DNA of 64,000 bases. Source: a virus. The notes beneath the pieces are model-generated. The model had not been told where the DNA came from, did no database searches, and saw nothing but the letters and a program-made list of their open reading frames with translations. Below are positions 1-9,038 of this stretch, piece by piece (within the stretch, counting starts at the first letter, position 1; each line of letters starts with the position of its first letter). The DNA lies in IMG/VR virus record IMGVR_UViG_3300033429_000002, positions 6,072-70,071 of that record; one strand, 5' to 3'. A program made the translations under genes and the position numbers.

Positions 1-367
1 TAGTCGTTTTCCCTGCTAAAACTTCCTTGTCTTTTTCGTCGATCATTCTGAAAAGAATTGATTCGTTTTCGTCAAATGTCTGTCTCATGTATGGCCTTGA
101 CGGTATATTTATTACCTCAGTGCTTTTTGATAAGTTCAGACCATTGGCAGATAAAAAACCTCTCATTTTAGGAGTTACTTGAATTTGTGCTCCATATTCC
201 TGAACGGCCGCCAGTTCTGCAAGTGTTATGTCTGATTGTTTCCCGTCGACCGGTGGACGTTTTTGCGCTCCTGGTTGGGTTAAAATACCAACGTCAACAT
301 ATTCGACATCATCGAACGAATTCACGTAGTTATTCCATCCCTTATCAATGACCTCTTGATCTTTCAT
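1..367 (-). CDS. Neck/tail-completion (virion morphogenesis) protein, partial at window edge
   Basis: Hand translation from ATG 367 (ATGA overlap with previous stop): MKDQEVIDKGWNNYV...LAELAAVQEYGA...IPSRPYMRQTF. The E(F/Y)G...IPxRP(F/Y)xR signature and position after the adaptor fit this family. Confidence 0.7.
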   Translation of the reverse strand, partial: MKDQEVIDKGWNNYVNSFDDVEYVDVGILTQPGAQKRPPVDGKQSDITLAELAAVQEYGAQIQVTPKMRGFLSANGLNLSKSTEVINIPSRPYMRQTFDENESILFRMIDEKDKEVLAGKTT

Positions 368-780
368 ATCATGATCCGTGTTTGCGGTCTTTGTGACATG
401 ATTTCATAAGCTTCAGTACCGTATTGATTCGCGTTCAGAAGGTCAGTGGCTGTTGAATTGTTTTTTGCCATGGTGTTTGACACACTAAATGCATCTATTG
501 ACACACCGGATAGTGAACCAGTACCGGCAGGTGTATCTGTAATAAATGCAGCGTGCCAAGCCCCGATTGCTATTTGCAGTTGTCTGACTAGCCCTATTGT
601 TAAATCCTGAGCGTCTCCCGGTGTGCTGGTATCGCCTGGAATATAAAGCCAGTCATGGACAAACTGTAAAGTTGAATCCTGTTGGGCTTGAGAAAAGTTC
701 GCGATCTGTAAAACGCCTGATGCGCGAACTTTAATATCATCAAAGGTTATTAAAAGTGGAAGTATAAATGAAGTTGCCAT
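364..780 (-). CDS. Head-tail adaptor (DUF4054-like)
   Basis: 138 aa with AWH, a VSxS strand and C-terminal NQYGTE (TxYG motif); lies downstream of the capsid gene. Confidence 0.6.
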   Translation of the reverse strand: MATSFILPLLITFDDIKVRASGVLQIANFSQAQQDSTLQFVHDWLYIPGDTSTPGDAQDLTIGLVRQLQIAIGAWHAAFITDTPAGTGSLSGVSIDAFSVSNTMAKNNSTATDLLNANQYGTEAYEIMSQRPQTRIMI

Positions 781-1325
781 TATTTTTTAACTTTTAAATC
801 CTTGTTTTCTTTTTCGAGTTTGTTCACTTCAAGTTTGAGTTTTTTATTCTCATCTTTCAATGAATCAACTTCTTTTTGCTTCTTGCCTTCGAAATCAGCA
901 AGATCGACTTTTAAAGATTTTACCTCGGCTTCGAGATCCTTATTCTTTTGGATCTCCTCACCTCTGAGATTGACATATTTTTGAACTTCCGCTTGAAGCT
1001 CATTTTTCTGTCTTTTCAAGGCTTCCTCATTTTCAGCCTTGAGTTCAGAAATTTTCTTTTTGTACTCAGCTTTCGGGTCAGACTTTTCGACGACATCTTC
1101 ATCCGCTGTTTTAGCGGCCGCCATCTCTTTCTTTCCCGTTAGCCATTTGTACAACTTCTTTTGAGTCTTAGCCTGAAAGCCCAAATCCTCTTCCAAAACT
1201 TTCTTGTGAGAATTTGGAATTTCATTGATGCCAAACTTAATTTGGTACTTAGATTTGACACCGTTTTCAGGTACTTCATAAGTCCAAGTACCCGTGGCTT
1301 TCGACTGTAGATAATTATCAGCCAT
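780..1325 (-). CDS. Hypothetical coiled-coil protein in head module
   Basis: 181 aa, K/E-rich heptad C-terminal half; abuts neighbours. Confidence 0.7.
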   Translation of the reverse strand: MADNYLQSKATGTWTYEVPENGVKSKYQIKFGINEIPNSHKKVLEEDLGFQAKTQKKLYKWLTGKKEMAAAKTADEDVVEKSDPKAEYKKKISELKAENEEALKRQKNELQAEVQKYVNLRGEEIQKNKDLEAEVKSLKVDLADFEGKKQKEVDSLKDENKKLKLEVNKLEKENKDLKVKK

Positions 1326-1332
1326 TTTTCCC

Positions 1333-2562
1333 CTATGGTGCTTGGATTGAATAACGTCTCACAAGAGCCTTGTTTCTGATCAACTTCAGTCCTGCAAAGT
1401 AATCATAGTAAGGAATTACCATTGACAATCCTTGAAACTGAGTTGCCAACGGGGTTAAATCAGCGGCTTTCACGAAGCTGTAAGCCTCTGTATCATTTGG
1501 TGTCAGCATAAAACCTGCCGCCGTCCCGCTGTTAAACGCAGAATCAAACCCAAGGATTACTTGCCAGTTGGTAATGCCAGTGGCTTGCCTTCCCTCCAAT
1601 GTGTTCAGGTAAGCCCACGTGCTTTGGGTAGTACCACCTGATGAAGTCAACATTGTGGTTGTGTAAAGAGCGTTCAAAGCTTCTAGAGGAAGGGTACACG
1701 TAAAAGTTGCCATATTCCCGGACAAACCATCGTCCTGAAACGGACCACCCCATCTTCCTTCAGTGGCTGTATGAATCGCAATTCTAGCCCCTGCTAAATC
1801 ACCAAACACAATCTCACGACCTGTTTTATTGATCCAGTACTTCAATGAAGCACCAGGGCCAACGCCATTTGGGTCTTCGACAGAATCAACAACGGCCGCG
1901 TCATCGATACCAGAATCCATCAGCCCGACAAGGTTGTCATTCCCGTATATTCCGAGAGTGTTTAGATCTTGGAGATATGCCCGTCTTACAGCCCTAGCTT
2001 TTCTTGCTTCTAGGGGAAGACCGGCAAAGTTTGCAGCGTCCATTTCTTGAATATTAAATTCAAGAGCTCCACCACCCATTTCAATCTTGATCGTGTACTC
2101 AGTCCCGGAAATATGAGACAATGGAAGATCTCTTGCTGAACCTGTGATTCTTTTGTAATCACCTTGCAAGTCGTCAAGCTTGAAAGTATGCTGTGTTGCT
2201 CCCACCGGAATCATTGTGTTTTGCATCGCTGGCATCCAGTCAATATTCCCATACTCGACTTCCCGCATGATCTGGTCGAAATGTTCCAATTCCCTGTCCG
2301 TGAAAGCTGACAAGTCATCCATTGAAACACCGTCCATTGACTCGGCTCCGAAATCCCGGATATTGGTCCCGATTCCCTTGCCGATGATCTGGTCGGTTGT
2401 CAAGTCCACTCCATTTAAACCAGCCATTTCTAGCTCTACCCGCGTGGTCAAGTCCTCAATCATCTTGACCTTTGTGTCATCCATCGAAACAATACCCGCC
2501 CTCTTTCGAGACACATAGTCATGCTTCAGGATATCGATGGTGTCCTGTGCTAATTTACCCAT
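1333..2562 (-). CDS. Major capsid protein (DUF2184/HK97-fold family)
   Basis: 409 aa; RELEHFD, SARDLP, IQEMDAA...GLPLEARKARAVRRA and YGNDNLVGL match DUF2184-type capsids; follows protease and decoration genes. Confidence 0.85.
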   Translation of the reverse strand: MGKLAQDTIDILKHDYVSRKRAGIVSMDDTKVKMIEDLTTRVELEMAGLNGVDLTTDQIIGKGIGTNIRDFGAESMDGVSMDDLSAFTDRELEHFDQIMREVEYGNIDWMPAMQNTMIPVGATQHTFKLDDLQGDYKRITGSARDLPLSHISGTEYTIKIEMGGGALEFNIQEMDAANFAGLPLEARKARAVRRAYLQDLNTLGIYGNDNLVGLMDSGIDDAAVVDSVEDPNGVGPGASLKYWINKTGREIVFGDLAGARIAIHTATEGRWGGPFQDDGLSGNMATFTCTLPLEALNALYTTTMLTSSGGTTQSTWAYLNTLEGRQATGITNWQVILGFDSAFNSGTAAGFMLTPNDTEAYSFVKAADLTPLATQFQGLSMVIPYYDYFAGLKLIRNKALVRRYSIQAP

Positions 2563-2570
2563 TTTATCTC

Positions 2571-3074
2571 CTATACCTGATGCATATTAAGCTCGACGGC
2601 AACAATACCGGGGGCTGTTATGGTTTCTGCGAATGTCGCGTTTACGGCGTCGCACGAAGCCGCATCAGCGGTGTTGTAAGCCTCGCCAATCACGGCGGTT
2701 GTCCCTGCCACAAATCTAACGTAAACAGTTCCACCCTTAGCAGCGGCTGATCCACAATTAACGTACCGGCGACCAGTTGTCGCATAGGGAACAAGCTCAT
2801 TTTGAATATACCCGGCTGTACCGGTTGAACCAGGGGTTCTTTCCCTGTTTTCATTATCAACAGCGACCCCAAGCAAAACCGCGCCTGTTGCCCCACTGTC
2901 ATCAATCATAACGTCGTCATCGGTAGCGCCTTGAGCCACGAAAAAACCCGGCTTGATCACAGTCGCTAACTCGTTTCTTCCTGTTTGAACATCGCCTACA
3001 TTAAGCGCTTGATAATCAACCGCTGCCCCGGCCCTCTTGGTTGTGATGTTTTGCGTGTATGATGGTTGTCCCAT
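2571..3074 (-). CDS. Head decoration/cement protein
   Basis: 167 aa Gly/Ala/Val-rich beta protein (PGFFV, LLGVAV, TTGRRYV, GGTVYVR) between protease and capsid. Confidence 0.7.
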   Translation of the reverse strand: MGQPSYTQNITTKRAGAAVDYQALNVGDVQTGRNELATVIKPGFFVAQGATDDDVMIDDSGATGAVLLGVAVDNENRERTPGSTGTAGYIQNELVPYATTGRRYVNCGSAAAKGGTVYVRFVAGTTAVIGEAYNTADAASCDAVNATFAETITAPGIVAVELNMHQV

Positions 3075-4258
3075 TATGCATTCCTCCGTTGAACGAGAGT
3101 TTTACCTCTTTTCAGCATTCCGATATCAAGCTGAGAGATAGAAACTTTCGTTTTATCGTCCATGCTTGAAACGTTTGCCAATGCCTTGTCAGACTCAATT
3201 TTCTTTTTGGTCTGCTTTTTATCGCCTACGATACCCTTGTAAGCGCCGGGGATTTCAGCATCATCGAAAGATATTCCGGGTCTGGCAGTTTCGCAAATAA
3301 GCCTCATGCCTTCGCCGATATCCTTGACAACGTCCTTAATTCCCCAAAATTTTGCTTCTTCTCTGACACTAGCCAGCTTGTCGGCGTATTCGCCAACGTC
3401 GTCCATGGAAACGGAGTTTTCTAACTGCTTTTCAAGCTCTTCGACCTTAGCGTTTTTCACTTTAAGATCGCCGGAAACGTCGCCAAGTTTCTCCTTGTGC
3501 TCTTGCTCTTTCTCATCCAACGAGCTTTGGAGATCCTTAGCGTATTTCACAAGCTTTTTTTCTCTGTTCGCAAGGGCCTTGATTGCACCCTCTGAACCCT
3601 CTTCGTATTCAATCTGGGCTTCGTCAAGAGAGAAAGCCCCGACTTCCACAGCGTTTAACGTCTGTTTCATCTGTTTTGCCTCTTTGTTTGGGTTTTGCTG
3701 TTTTGCGGGATAAATCCTTCCGGACTCACTTTCCGCATCGTCGAGGCTGTACATTTCAGCCCCCTCTGCTCTCGGATTTAAACACCCGATTGCAATATGG
3801 TTGATGTCAATATTGGAAAAATCAAGTACGTTCCCTTCCTTTGGGATTGCGTCCCTGAAATAACCGGCTGAGACACCAAATTTTCCTTCTTTAGCCGTGT
3901 TTATTGCTCTGTCTGTCTGTAGTATTAATTCGTTTATCAACCACGGCTTACCGTCAATCTCTTCGATTGTGGCGGCGTCCGCTGAAACTCCTTCCTGATA
4001 TAAGCTAACATCTGAAGAGTTTAACAAATCAGGTGGATGTCTTACCGTGACAGGCTTTAGTCCAGCCGTTCCCTTGGCCTTCTCTAAATCAGCCAAGGTT
4101 ATATTACCGTAATACGTCTTGCCATCTGGCGTGGTATATCTAAGCTTACCAGTCGTCATGATTTTAGCTTTTACTCTGACACGCCCGTGCTTATCTGGCA
4201 CAAGCTTTTCAAAGTCCAGCTCATCAAGACTATAAGGATTTGTTGCAAAATATTTCAT
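3074..4258 (-). CDS. Prohead protease/scaffold (DUF2213 family)
   Basis: KPVTVRHPPDLL, VSAGY and INHIAIG..PRAEG motifs, then a coiled-coil scaffold C-terminus. Confidence 0.85.
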   Translation of the reverse strand: MKYFATNPYSLDELDFEKLVPDKHGRVRVKAKIMTTGKLRYTTPDGKTYYGNITLADLEKAKGTAGLKPVTVRHPPDLLNSSDVSLYQEGVSADAATIEEIDGKPWLINELILQTDRAINTAKEGKFGVSAGYFRDAIPKEGNVLDFSNIDINHIAIGCLNPRAEGAEMYSLDDAESESGRIYPAKQQNPNKEAKQMKQTLNAVEVGAFSLDEAQIEYEEGSEGAIKALANREKKLVKYAKDLQSSLDEKEQEHKEKLGDVSGDLKVKNAKVEELEKQLENSVSMDDVGEYADKLASVREEAKFWGIKDVVKDIGEGMRLICETARPGISFDDAEIPGAYKGIVGDKKQTKKKIESDKALANVSSMDDKTKVSISQLDIGMLKRGKTLVQRRNA

Positions 4259-4623
4259 ATAATTCCTTCTACAAATTCAACTAGTACCAAAATCCAATTC
4301 CATCCACCTTCTAACATGTTCGCGATATCTGGTCCATATTCACCAATTAGAAGCATTGAAACCATACTGAGACCACCGTAAAAAACTGAAGCTCTAGCGT
4401 ATGTTGACACTTTGCTTGGTAGTGGTTTCATATTCCACGTTGCTTTTATTAGTGCTACCATGATCGCTGAGGCTATGAATACTTGCCAGTGTCTAGCCTT
4501 ATTCACAGTCTCGTAGGCATTGGCACCGTCGGTCATCCAATTAGCCAATGTGCTCTCTGCGTTTAGAAATATCAATAGCAGCACGACTTGGATCTTTGGG
4601 ATTATTCCCCGTAAGTTTTTCAT
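4255..4623 (-). CDS. Small membrane protein (holin/antiholin candidate)
   Basis: 122 aa with 3 hydrophobic segments; overlaps neighbours. Confidence 0.45.
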   Translation of the reverse strand: MKNLRGIIPKIQVVLLLIFLNAESTLANWMTDGANAYETVNKARHWQVFIASAIMVALIKATWNMKPLPSKVSTYARASVFYGGLSMVSMLLIGEYGPDIANMLEGGWNWILVLVEFVEGII

Positions 4624-5047
4624 ATTTGTTTTCTACTTCATGAAATGTTTTTCCAGTTGCTACGAAGAAGGCAATTACAAAGGCGCAGAGCATAAAGAAC
4701 CCAAGCTCAAAATAAGATATCCCGGTTATATTGCTAGCCCCTAAAATCAATCTATGCGCCACCGCTCCATATATCGCCATGAAAAGTAACCGGCTGCTTA
4801 GTCTAAAGTTGATTTCTTCACAAAAGACAATCCAGAGGATAACAAAAAGCGAGACCATCACAACTAGTGTAATTGACATATAATCTACTGCATTCATTGA
4901 AACAGCGGCCCCTAGTTTTTTTGGTCCTGAATTCATGAACAGATAGAAAGCATGGCTAAGCAGCGCCCCAATTGGCGCGACTGCTATTACTCTATGACTT
5001 GCTTTCGGAGTCCTGAACATTGATTTTAATTTATCTAATGCTTTCAT
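4541..5047 (-). CDS. Multi-TM membrane protein (holin candidate)
   Basis: About 4 TM segments and a charged C-terminus; likely start MKALDK at 5047. Confidence 0.45.
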   Translation of the reverse strand: MKALDKLKSMFRTPKASHRVIAVAPIGALLSHAFYLFMNSGPKKLGAAVSMNAVDYMSITLVVMVSLFVILWIVFCEEINFRLSSRLLFMAIYGAVAHRLILGASNITGISYFELGFFMLCAFVIAFFVATGKTFHEVENKYEKLTGNNPKDPSRAAIDISKRREHIG

Positions 5048-5048
5048 T

Positions 5049-5996
5049 TTAGTTCTCGAAATCTGAAGCTTTAAAACCACACCTTGCTGGAAGTTTTACG
5101 TCGTCGCCGTCAACAAACACTTTTCCGTTTTCCTTATATGATCCATCTGGAATCGCAGCGTCTTTTACGTATACAAGATAATTGTCTGAAAACATCCCGT
5201 CACTATCGCTAGTCCATTCGGCGTAATCACTTCTTTCCGATATACCAATATGAGGAAAGAACCCGTCTAACATCTCGCCTGATACAACTTTGGTTTCTAT
5301 TAGCTCACATTGTTCTTCGGCATCATCGTAGTCAAAAAGTATCGGCTCATTATCTTTTTCGATCAGATCTTTCATGATAAAAGTTCCTCTGCCTACATAC
5401 TTAAACATGGCCTTGAACGATAATTGCCTCTTTCCCTCAGCATCCACAAACTTGTCTTCTATTTCTTTGATAGCATCAGATTCATAGAGTGGGTGCATGT
5501 TTGTGATTATCATCACCTGTTCATCTTTTGTATCGTAGAACTCTTCAAGGGCATTTGCAGCACCTGCCGCGCTGAAGTTTTTCCATATCTCTGTGAACCT
5601 GTTCGGGTCATTTTCAGGGGCAAAGAATCTGTCCGCTAAGAAAAGCCCGACTGTGATCGCTACGAATATTTTTACGAACTTTGGTGATTGCTTAACAGTG
5701 TCAACAATCCAATTTTTTGTTTTAAGCCGCATAAGAGCGATTTTTCCGTACTCTTGAATTGCTTCGTCGATCTTTTGTACTTCAGCAGATTCGCTTGCTT
5801 CATGAAATGCAATCTCAACTTTCCTATTCAGGCACTCAGGAACAAACATAAGCGTTATAGCGCCGTTAGCAATTCCCTTGATTGTGGGATTTTTAGCGTT
5901 CGAACCCAACACCTCAGCAAACCATTGAACAGTTGGATCACCTTCGAAGAGTATCGTTGTTTCAAGATTCCGGACTGTAAAACTCTTTGTGATCAT
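5049..5996 (-). CDS. Hypothetical protein
   Basis: 315 aa ORF preceded by AAGGAG RBS. Confidence 0.7.
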   Translation of the reverse strand: MITKSFTVRNLETTILFEGDPTVQWFAEVLGSNAKNPTIKGIANGAITLMFVPECLNRKVEIAFHEASESAEVQKIDEAIQEYGKIALMRLKTKNWIVDTVKQSPKFVKIFVAITVGLFLADRFFAPENDPNRFTEIWKNFSAAGAANALEEFYDTKDEQVMIITNMHPLYESDAIKEIEDKFVDAEGKRQLSFKAMFKYVGRGTFIMKDLIEKDNEPILFDYDDAEEQCELIETKVVSGEMLDGFFPHIGISERSDYAEWTSDSDGMFSDNYLVYVKDAAIPDGSYKENGKVFVDGDDVKLPARCGFKASDFEN

Positions 5997-6006
5997 TTTT
6001 ATCTCC

Positions 6007-6912
6007 TTAAGCTGCTTTTTTGATTGCGTATGAGCCGTCAGGCTGTTTGCGTAAACTGTTGATTGTTTGTTGGTCGAATACTACCAGCGCTATACATCTG
6101 CATTGTATATCTTGCGATGGATTGTTTCTTTCACCACTTCTACTACCCGTGGTTACTGTGATAGGGGGTTCCGAAAACTTGAATATTCTCCCGTTCAATC
6201 TAGCGTGGTCTTTTCTAACTCTTTCATCTCCTACCGTGTCCCATTCATAGAAGTCCCATCCGTTATTATGAGACCTAAGTTCTGTAAGGGTGCCATACAT
6301 TTTATTTGATTGGTCCCTGGCTATCAACTTAGCTCTGTTTTCTGATATCTTAAGAATGTTCTGGATTTGGTCTTTTAGGAATGTTCTGGAATCTCCGCGT
6401 AAAACTGAGGAAGTAACTTGATTCTCTATGCGGGTAATTGAATCGAGAGGTATATCTTTGATGAGTGAAACATTTTGAACTGTCCAATCTGCGAGATAAC
6501 CCTTAAGCCACGGTTCGCCACGTAGTTTTTCACCACCCATTGATAAGGCGTTGTTACCGAATTTTATTTTATGGAATCTTGCTATTGACTTAGCCGCCTC
6601 TTTCACTCTGTTCTCTGTAGTCCTGCGAAATGCAACCGTTTTGGGGTCTTGATTCTTATTGTAGGTTTGGTTGAAATACTTTTCCCGGAATGCTTTGAAT
6701 AGAAAAGCTATCTTATCTGTGATTGATGAATCCATTGACCTTTGATCCTCTGGAACTTCCACAATTTGATCACTCAATAGCGTTTCAAGTTCGGGCTCAA
6801 TCATCTCCTTATATATACGCTTTAATCTTTCGACAATAGGGGATATCTCCTTATAGTATCTGGGAGCCAATTGCTTTGGGAACTTCTTCCAAGATTTAGT
6901 CGCTTTAACCAT
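6007..6912 (-). CDS. Head morphogenesis protein (SPP1 gp7/Mu gpF family)
   Basis: RAKLIARDQ, YEWDTVGDERVRKDH..LNGRIF and IQCRC motifs. Confidence 0.92.
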   Translation of the reverse strand: MVKATKSWKKFPKQLAPRYYKEISPIVERLKRIYKEMIEPELETLLSDQIVEVPEDQRSMDSSITDKIAFLFKAFREKYFNQTYNKNQDPKTVAFRRTTENRVKEAAKSIARFHKIKFGNNALSMGGEKLRGEPWLKGYLADWTVQNVSLIKDIPLDSITRIENQVTSSVLRGDSRTFLKDQIQNILKISENRAKLIARDQSNKMYGTLTELRSHNNGWDFYEWDTVGDERVRKDHARLNGRIFKFSEPPITVTTGSRSGERNNPSQDIQCRCIALVVFDQQTINSLRKQPDGSYAIKKAA

Positions 6913-7231
6913 TAATGTCCGGCAGTGTTTTTAATTTTTTGATGAATTCGTATGGCTTTATTTTTGCCATCCCAAAACTGCCGATTATATCACTTTCACT
7001 CAATATTGACTTATATTTTTCTACGATATAATCGTCGAAATCGTTATTATTTTCATGGCCGCACAAAGTACACCCTGCACCGCTTAATCCTCCGTCGTGT
7101 TGGCTTGCGTCTATAAAATCGCAAATATCAAAACTTCCGTCGTCGTTTGGCTTAATTAAAAAGCTCACATCAACCCCAAGCTCCTGCTTTACTCTTCTTA
7201 TCGTTTTAAGAAAAATATCCATTCTATCCAT
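6905..7231 (-). CDS. Hypothetical protein
   Basis: 108 aa, overlap-coupled with neighbours, CxxC motif. Confidence 0.6.
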   Translation of the reverse strand: MDRMDIFLKTIRRVKQELGVDVSFLIKPNDDGSFDICDFIDASQHDGGLSGAGCTLCGHENNNDFDDYIVEKYKSILSESDIIGSFGMAKIKPYEFIKKLKTLPDING

Positions 7232-7664
7232 TCACTAATAAATTATATAAGAGTTTAGTTTCGTGTTTCGCCTTCGGAAGAGTGTATTCGTATTCCGGTA
7301 TATTTGCCTCATTGACCAGAACAGTAGTCTTTTTGCTATCCCTAACCAAAAAACCGTATACAGAATATTTCCCGTTCACAATCGAACCATACTTAAGAAT
7401 TTGCTTTCCTTTTCGTTTTGCACCTTCAAATTGACAAGCCGCTAAATTTGTATCAGTAAAGTTTGCCCCGGTTAGATCAGCAGATGAAAAATCACACCCG
7501 CACATGTTCGACATTAAAAAGTTGCACCCTGAAAGATTCGCTTTTGAAAAGTCCTTTCCTTGTAAATCGATACCAGTTAGTTTTTCGCCTGAATAATCTT
7601 CGCCAGAATGATTATCTAGTTCTTGTATGATTTCGATTAGTTCTTTGTCTTTTTTTTCTGCCAT
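7224..7664 (-). CDS. Pentapeptide repeat protein
   Basis: About 10 A(D/N)LXX-type repeats (KDFSK ANLSG CNFLM SNMCG CDFSS ADLTG ANFTD TNLAA). Confidence 0.9.
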   Translation of the reverse strand: MAEKKDKELIEIIQELDNHSGEDYSGEKLTGIDLQGKDFSKANLSGCNFLMSNMCGCDFSSADLTGANFTDTNLAACQFEGAKRKGKQILKYGSIVNGKYSVYGFLVRDSKKTTVLVNEANIPEYEYTLPKAKHETKLLYNLLVNG

Positions 7665-7688
7665 ATCTCTCTGAAGTAGTATGATTAA

Positions 7689-7724
7689 AGGATATCAGCA
7701 GGTCTTTGGTCTGTCCAATTTCAC
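7689..7724 (-). promoter_or_regulatory. Putative late promoter GTGAAAT-TGGACA-N17-TATCCT
   Basis: 15 bp identical to 17390-17404 (TCTGTCCAATTTCAC on +); 17-bp spacer and extended -10; upstream of head genes. Confidence 0.6.
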
Positions 7725-7757
7725 TATTTTACTTATTGTTACAGTCACTTAACTATA

Positions 7758-7786
7758 TTGACATTTTACTTTTAGTATGTTACGCT
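7758..7786 (+). promoter_or_regulatory. Sigma70-type promoter of the inverted cassette
   Basis: TTGACA-N17-TACGCT with TG extension, upstream of ORF 7818. Confidence 0.65.
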
Positions 7787-7817
7787 TACTAAAAATTAAC
7801 GTAAAACATGGGGTGCT

Positions 7818-9038
7818 ATGGGGGCTTTTGCACACGACGAATTGGTACAGATAGACAACAACGGCAATCTAATAAAAGCCACGTCTACAGAGTGGGAAAG
7901 ACACGAGAAGATTATTAAATCACTGAATTTGGACACCATAGATTTTAGGAATGGGCTCATGGCGAGGGATTCTTTGCCACACGGGGTCGATTCGCTCCAC
8001 ATTATTGAATCGCTTTTAAAAGGTTATGCGGTTATCGACAATAACTGGCACGTCACTTTCTTAAGTCAGTCGGCTGACCGTCAGTTGACAAGAAAAGTTT
8101 TATCAGCAATATCAGGAATAGTTATGGAGGAATGCCAGTCAAGAGAATCTGAGAAAAGCGGAGAAAAGCGGAGAGGAGTTGGCGTGTCTCTGGAATCATT
8201 CGATGATATAATAATGTCGTGTGATGAATTGCTTGATGTTGAGACAGAGGTGAATAAGTCTTTTAAGAAGTGGAGCAAGACCGTCGTAGTAAAACCAGAG
8301 CTTGAGGAGTACGACGAAAGCGTGGTTGCAGGAAGTGTAACGTCAATCGGTTTTTTGATCGGGGGCGGGGGTTTGTTCGTGGCGGCTTCTAATATTTGGT
8401 TTTTGATTGTTTGGGGGGCGGCGGCGGTACTTGGTGCGGCTGGACTTGTTGCTTTCTTAGCAGACCCTTTATTAAGAAATATATACAGAACAATAAAGAG
8501 CAAAAAACAAAGTAACCTGTCAGAAGCAGATAGATTCGAATTCTTGAAAAATGCCTATGTTGGCACAATTCAAAAGCTGAATTCGAAATTAGACGCCGTT
8601 AAGGATAGAATAGATAATCAAGTCAGATTACATGAAGAGGACAGGGAACAGATAAGAAAGTATTCTGACATCCTCGACAACACAGGCGAGGTTCTAGAAA
8701 AGATTGAGGGGGCTATCTTTGATTTAAATACGAGCAAGAGAAGAGTGTCCGATAAAAAAGGAGAGGTTAACAGGATTCTTGAGGAATATATAGGCGAAAA
8801 CGGGCACATAGCTAAAAAAGAGGCTGAACTAGAAAGGATTAAAATAGCCCAAGAACTATCTGATAGGATGAAATCAAACTTCAAGGCAACTATGGAGATA
8901 ACCAAGAGCGTTGACGTGTTAACGGACGCTATTGTTCCCGGAATAAAAAGATTAATGGAGTTCAAAATACCGCAATTGATTAACGATATAGAATTTAAAT
9001 GCGATAAAAACAAGTCATACTTACAGATAAGCCAATGA
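7818..9038 (+). CDS. Two-TM membrane protein with long C-terminal coiled coil
   Basis: 406 aa; Gly/Ala-rich TM hairpin (VVAGSVTSIGFLIGGGGLFVAA, IWFLIVWGAAAVLGAAGLVAFL) followed by heptad repeats. Confidence 0.75.
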   Translation: MGAFAHDELVQIDNNGNLIKATSTEWERHEKIIKSLNLDTIDFRNGLMARDSLPHGVDSLHIIESLLKGYAVIDNNWHVTFLSQSADRQLTRKVLSAISGIVMEECQSRESEKSGEKRRGVGVSLESFDDIIMSCDELLDVETEVNKSFKKWSKTVVVKPELEEYDESVVAGSVTSIGFLIGGGGLFVAASNIWFLIVWGAAAVLGAAGLVAFLADPLLRNIYRTIKSKKQSNLSEADRFEFLKNAYVGTIQKLNSKLDAVKDRIDNQVRLHEEDREQIRKYSDILDNTGEVLEKIEGAIFDLNTSKRRVSDKKGEVNRILEEYIGENGHIAKKEAELERIKIAQELSDRMKSNFKATMEITKSVDVLTDAIVPGIKRLMEFKIPQLINDIEFKCDKNKSYLQISQ

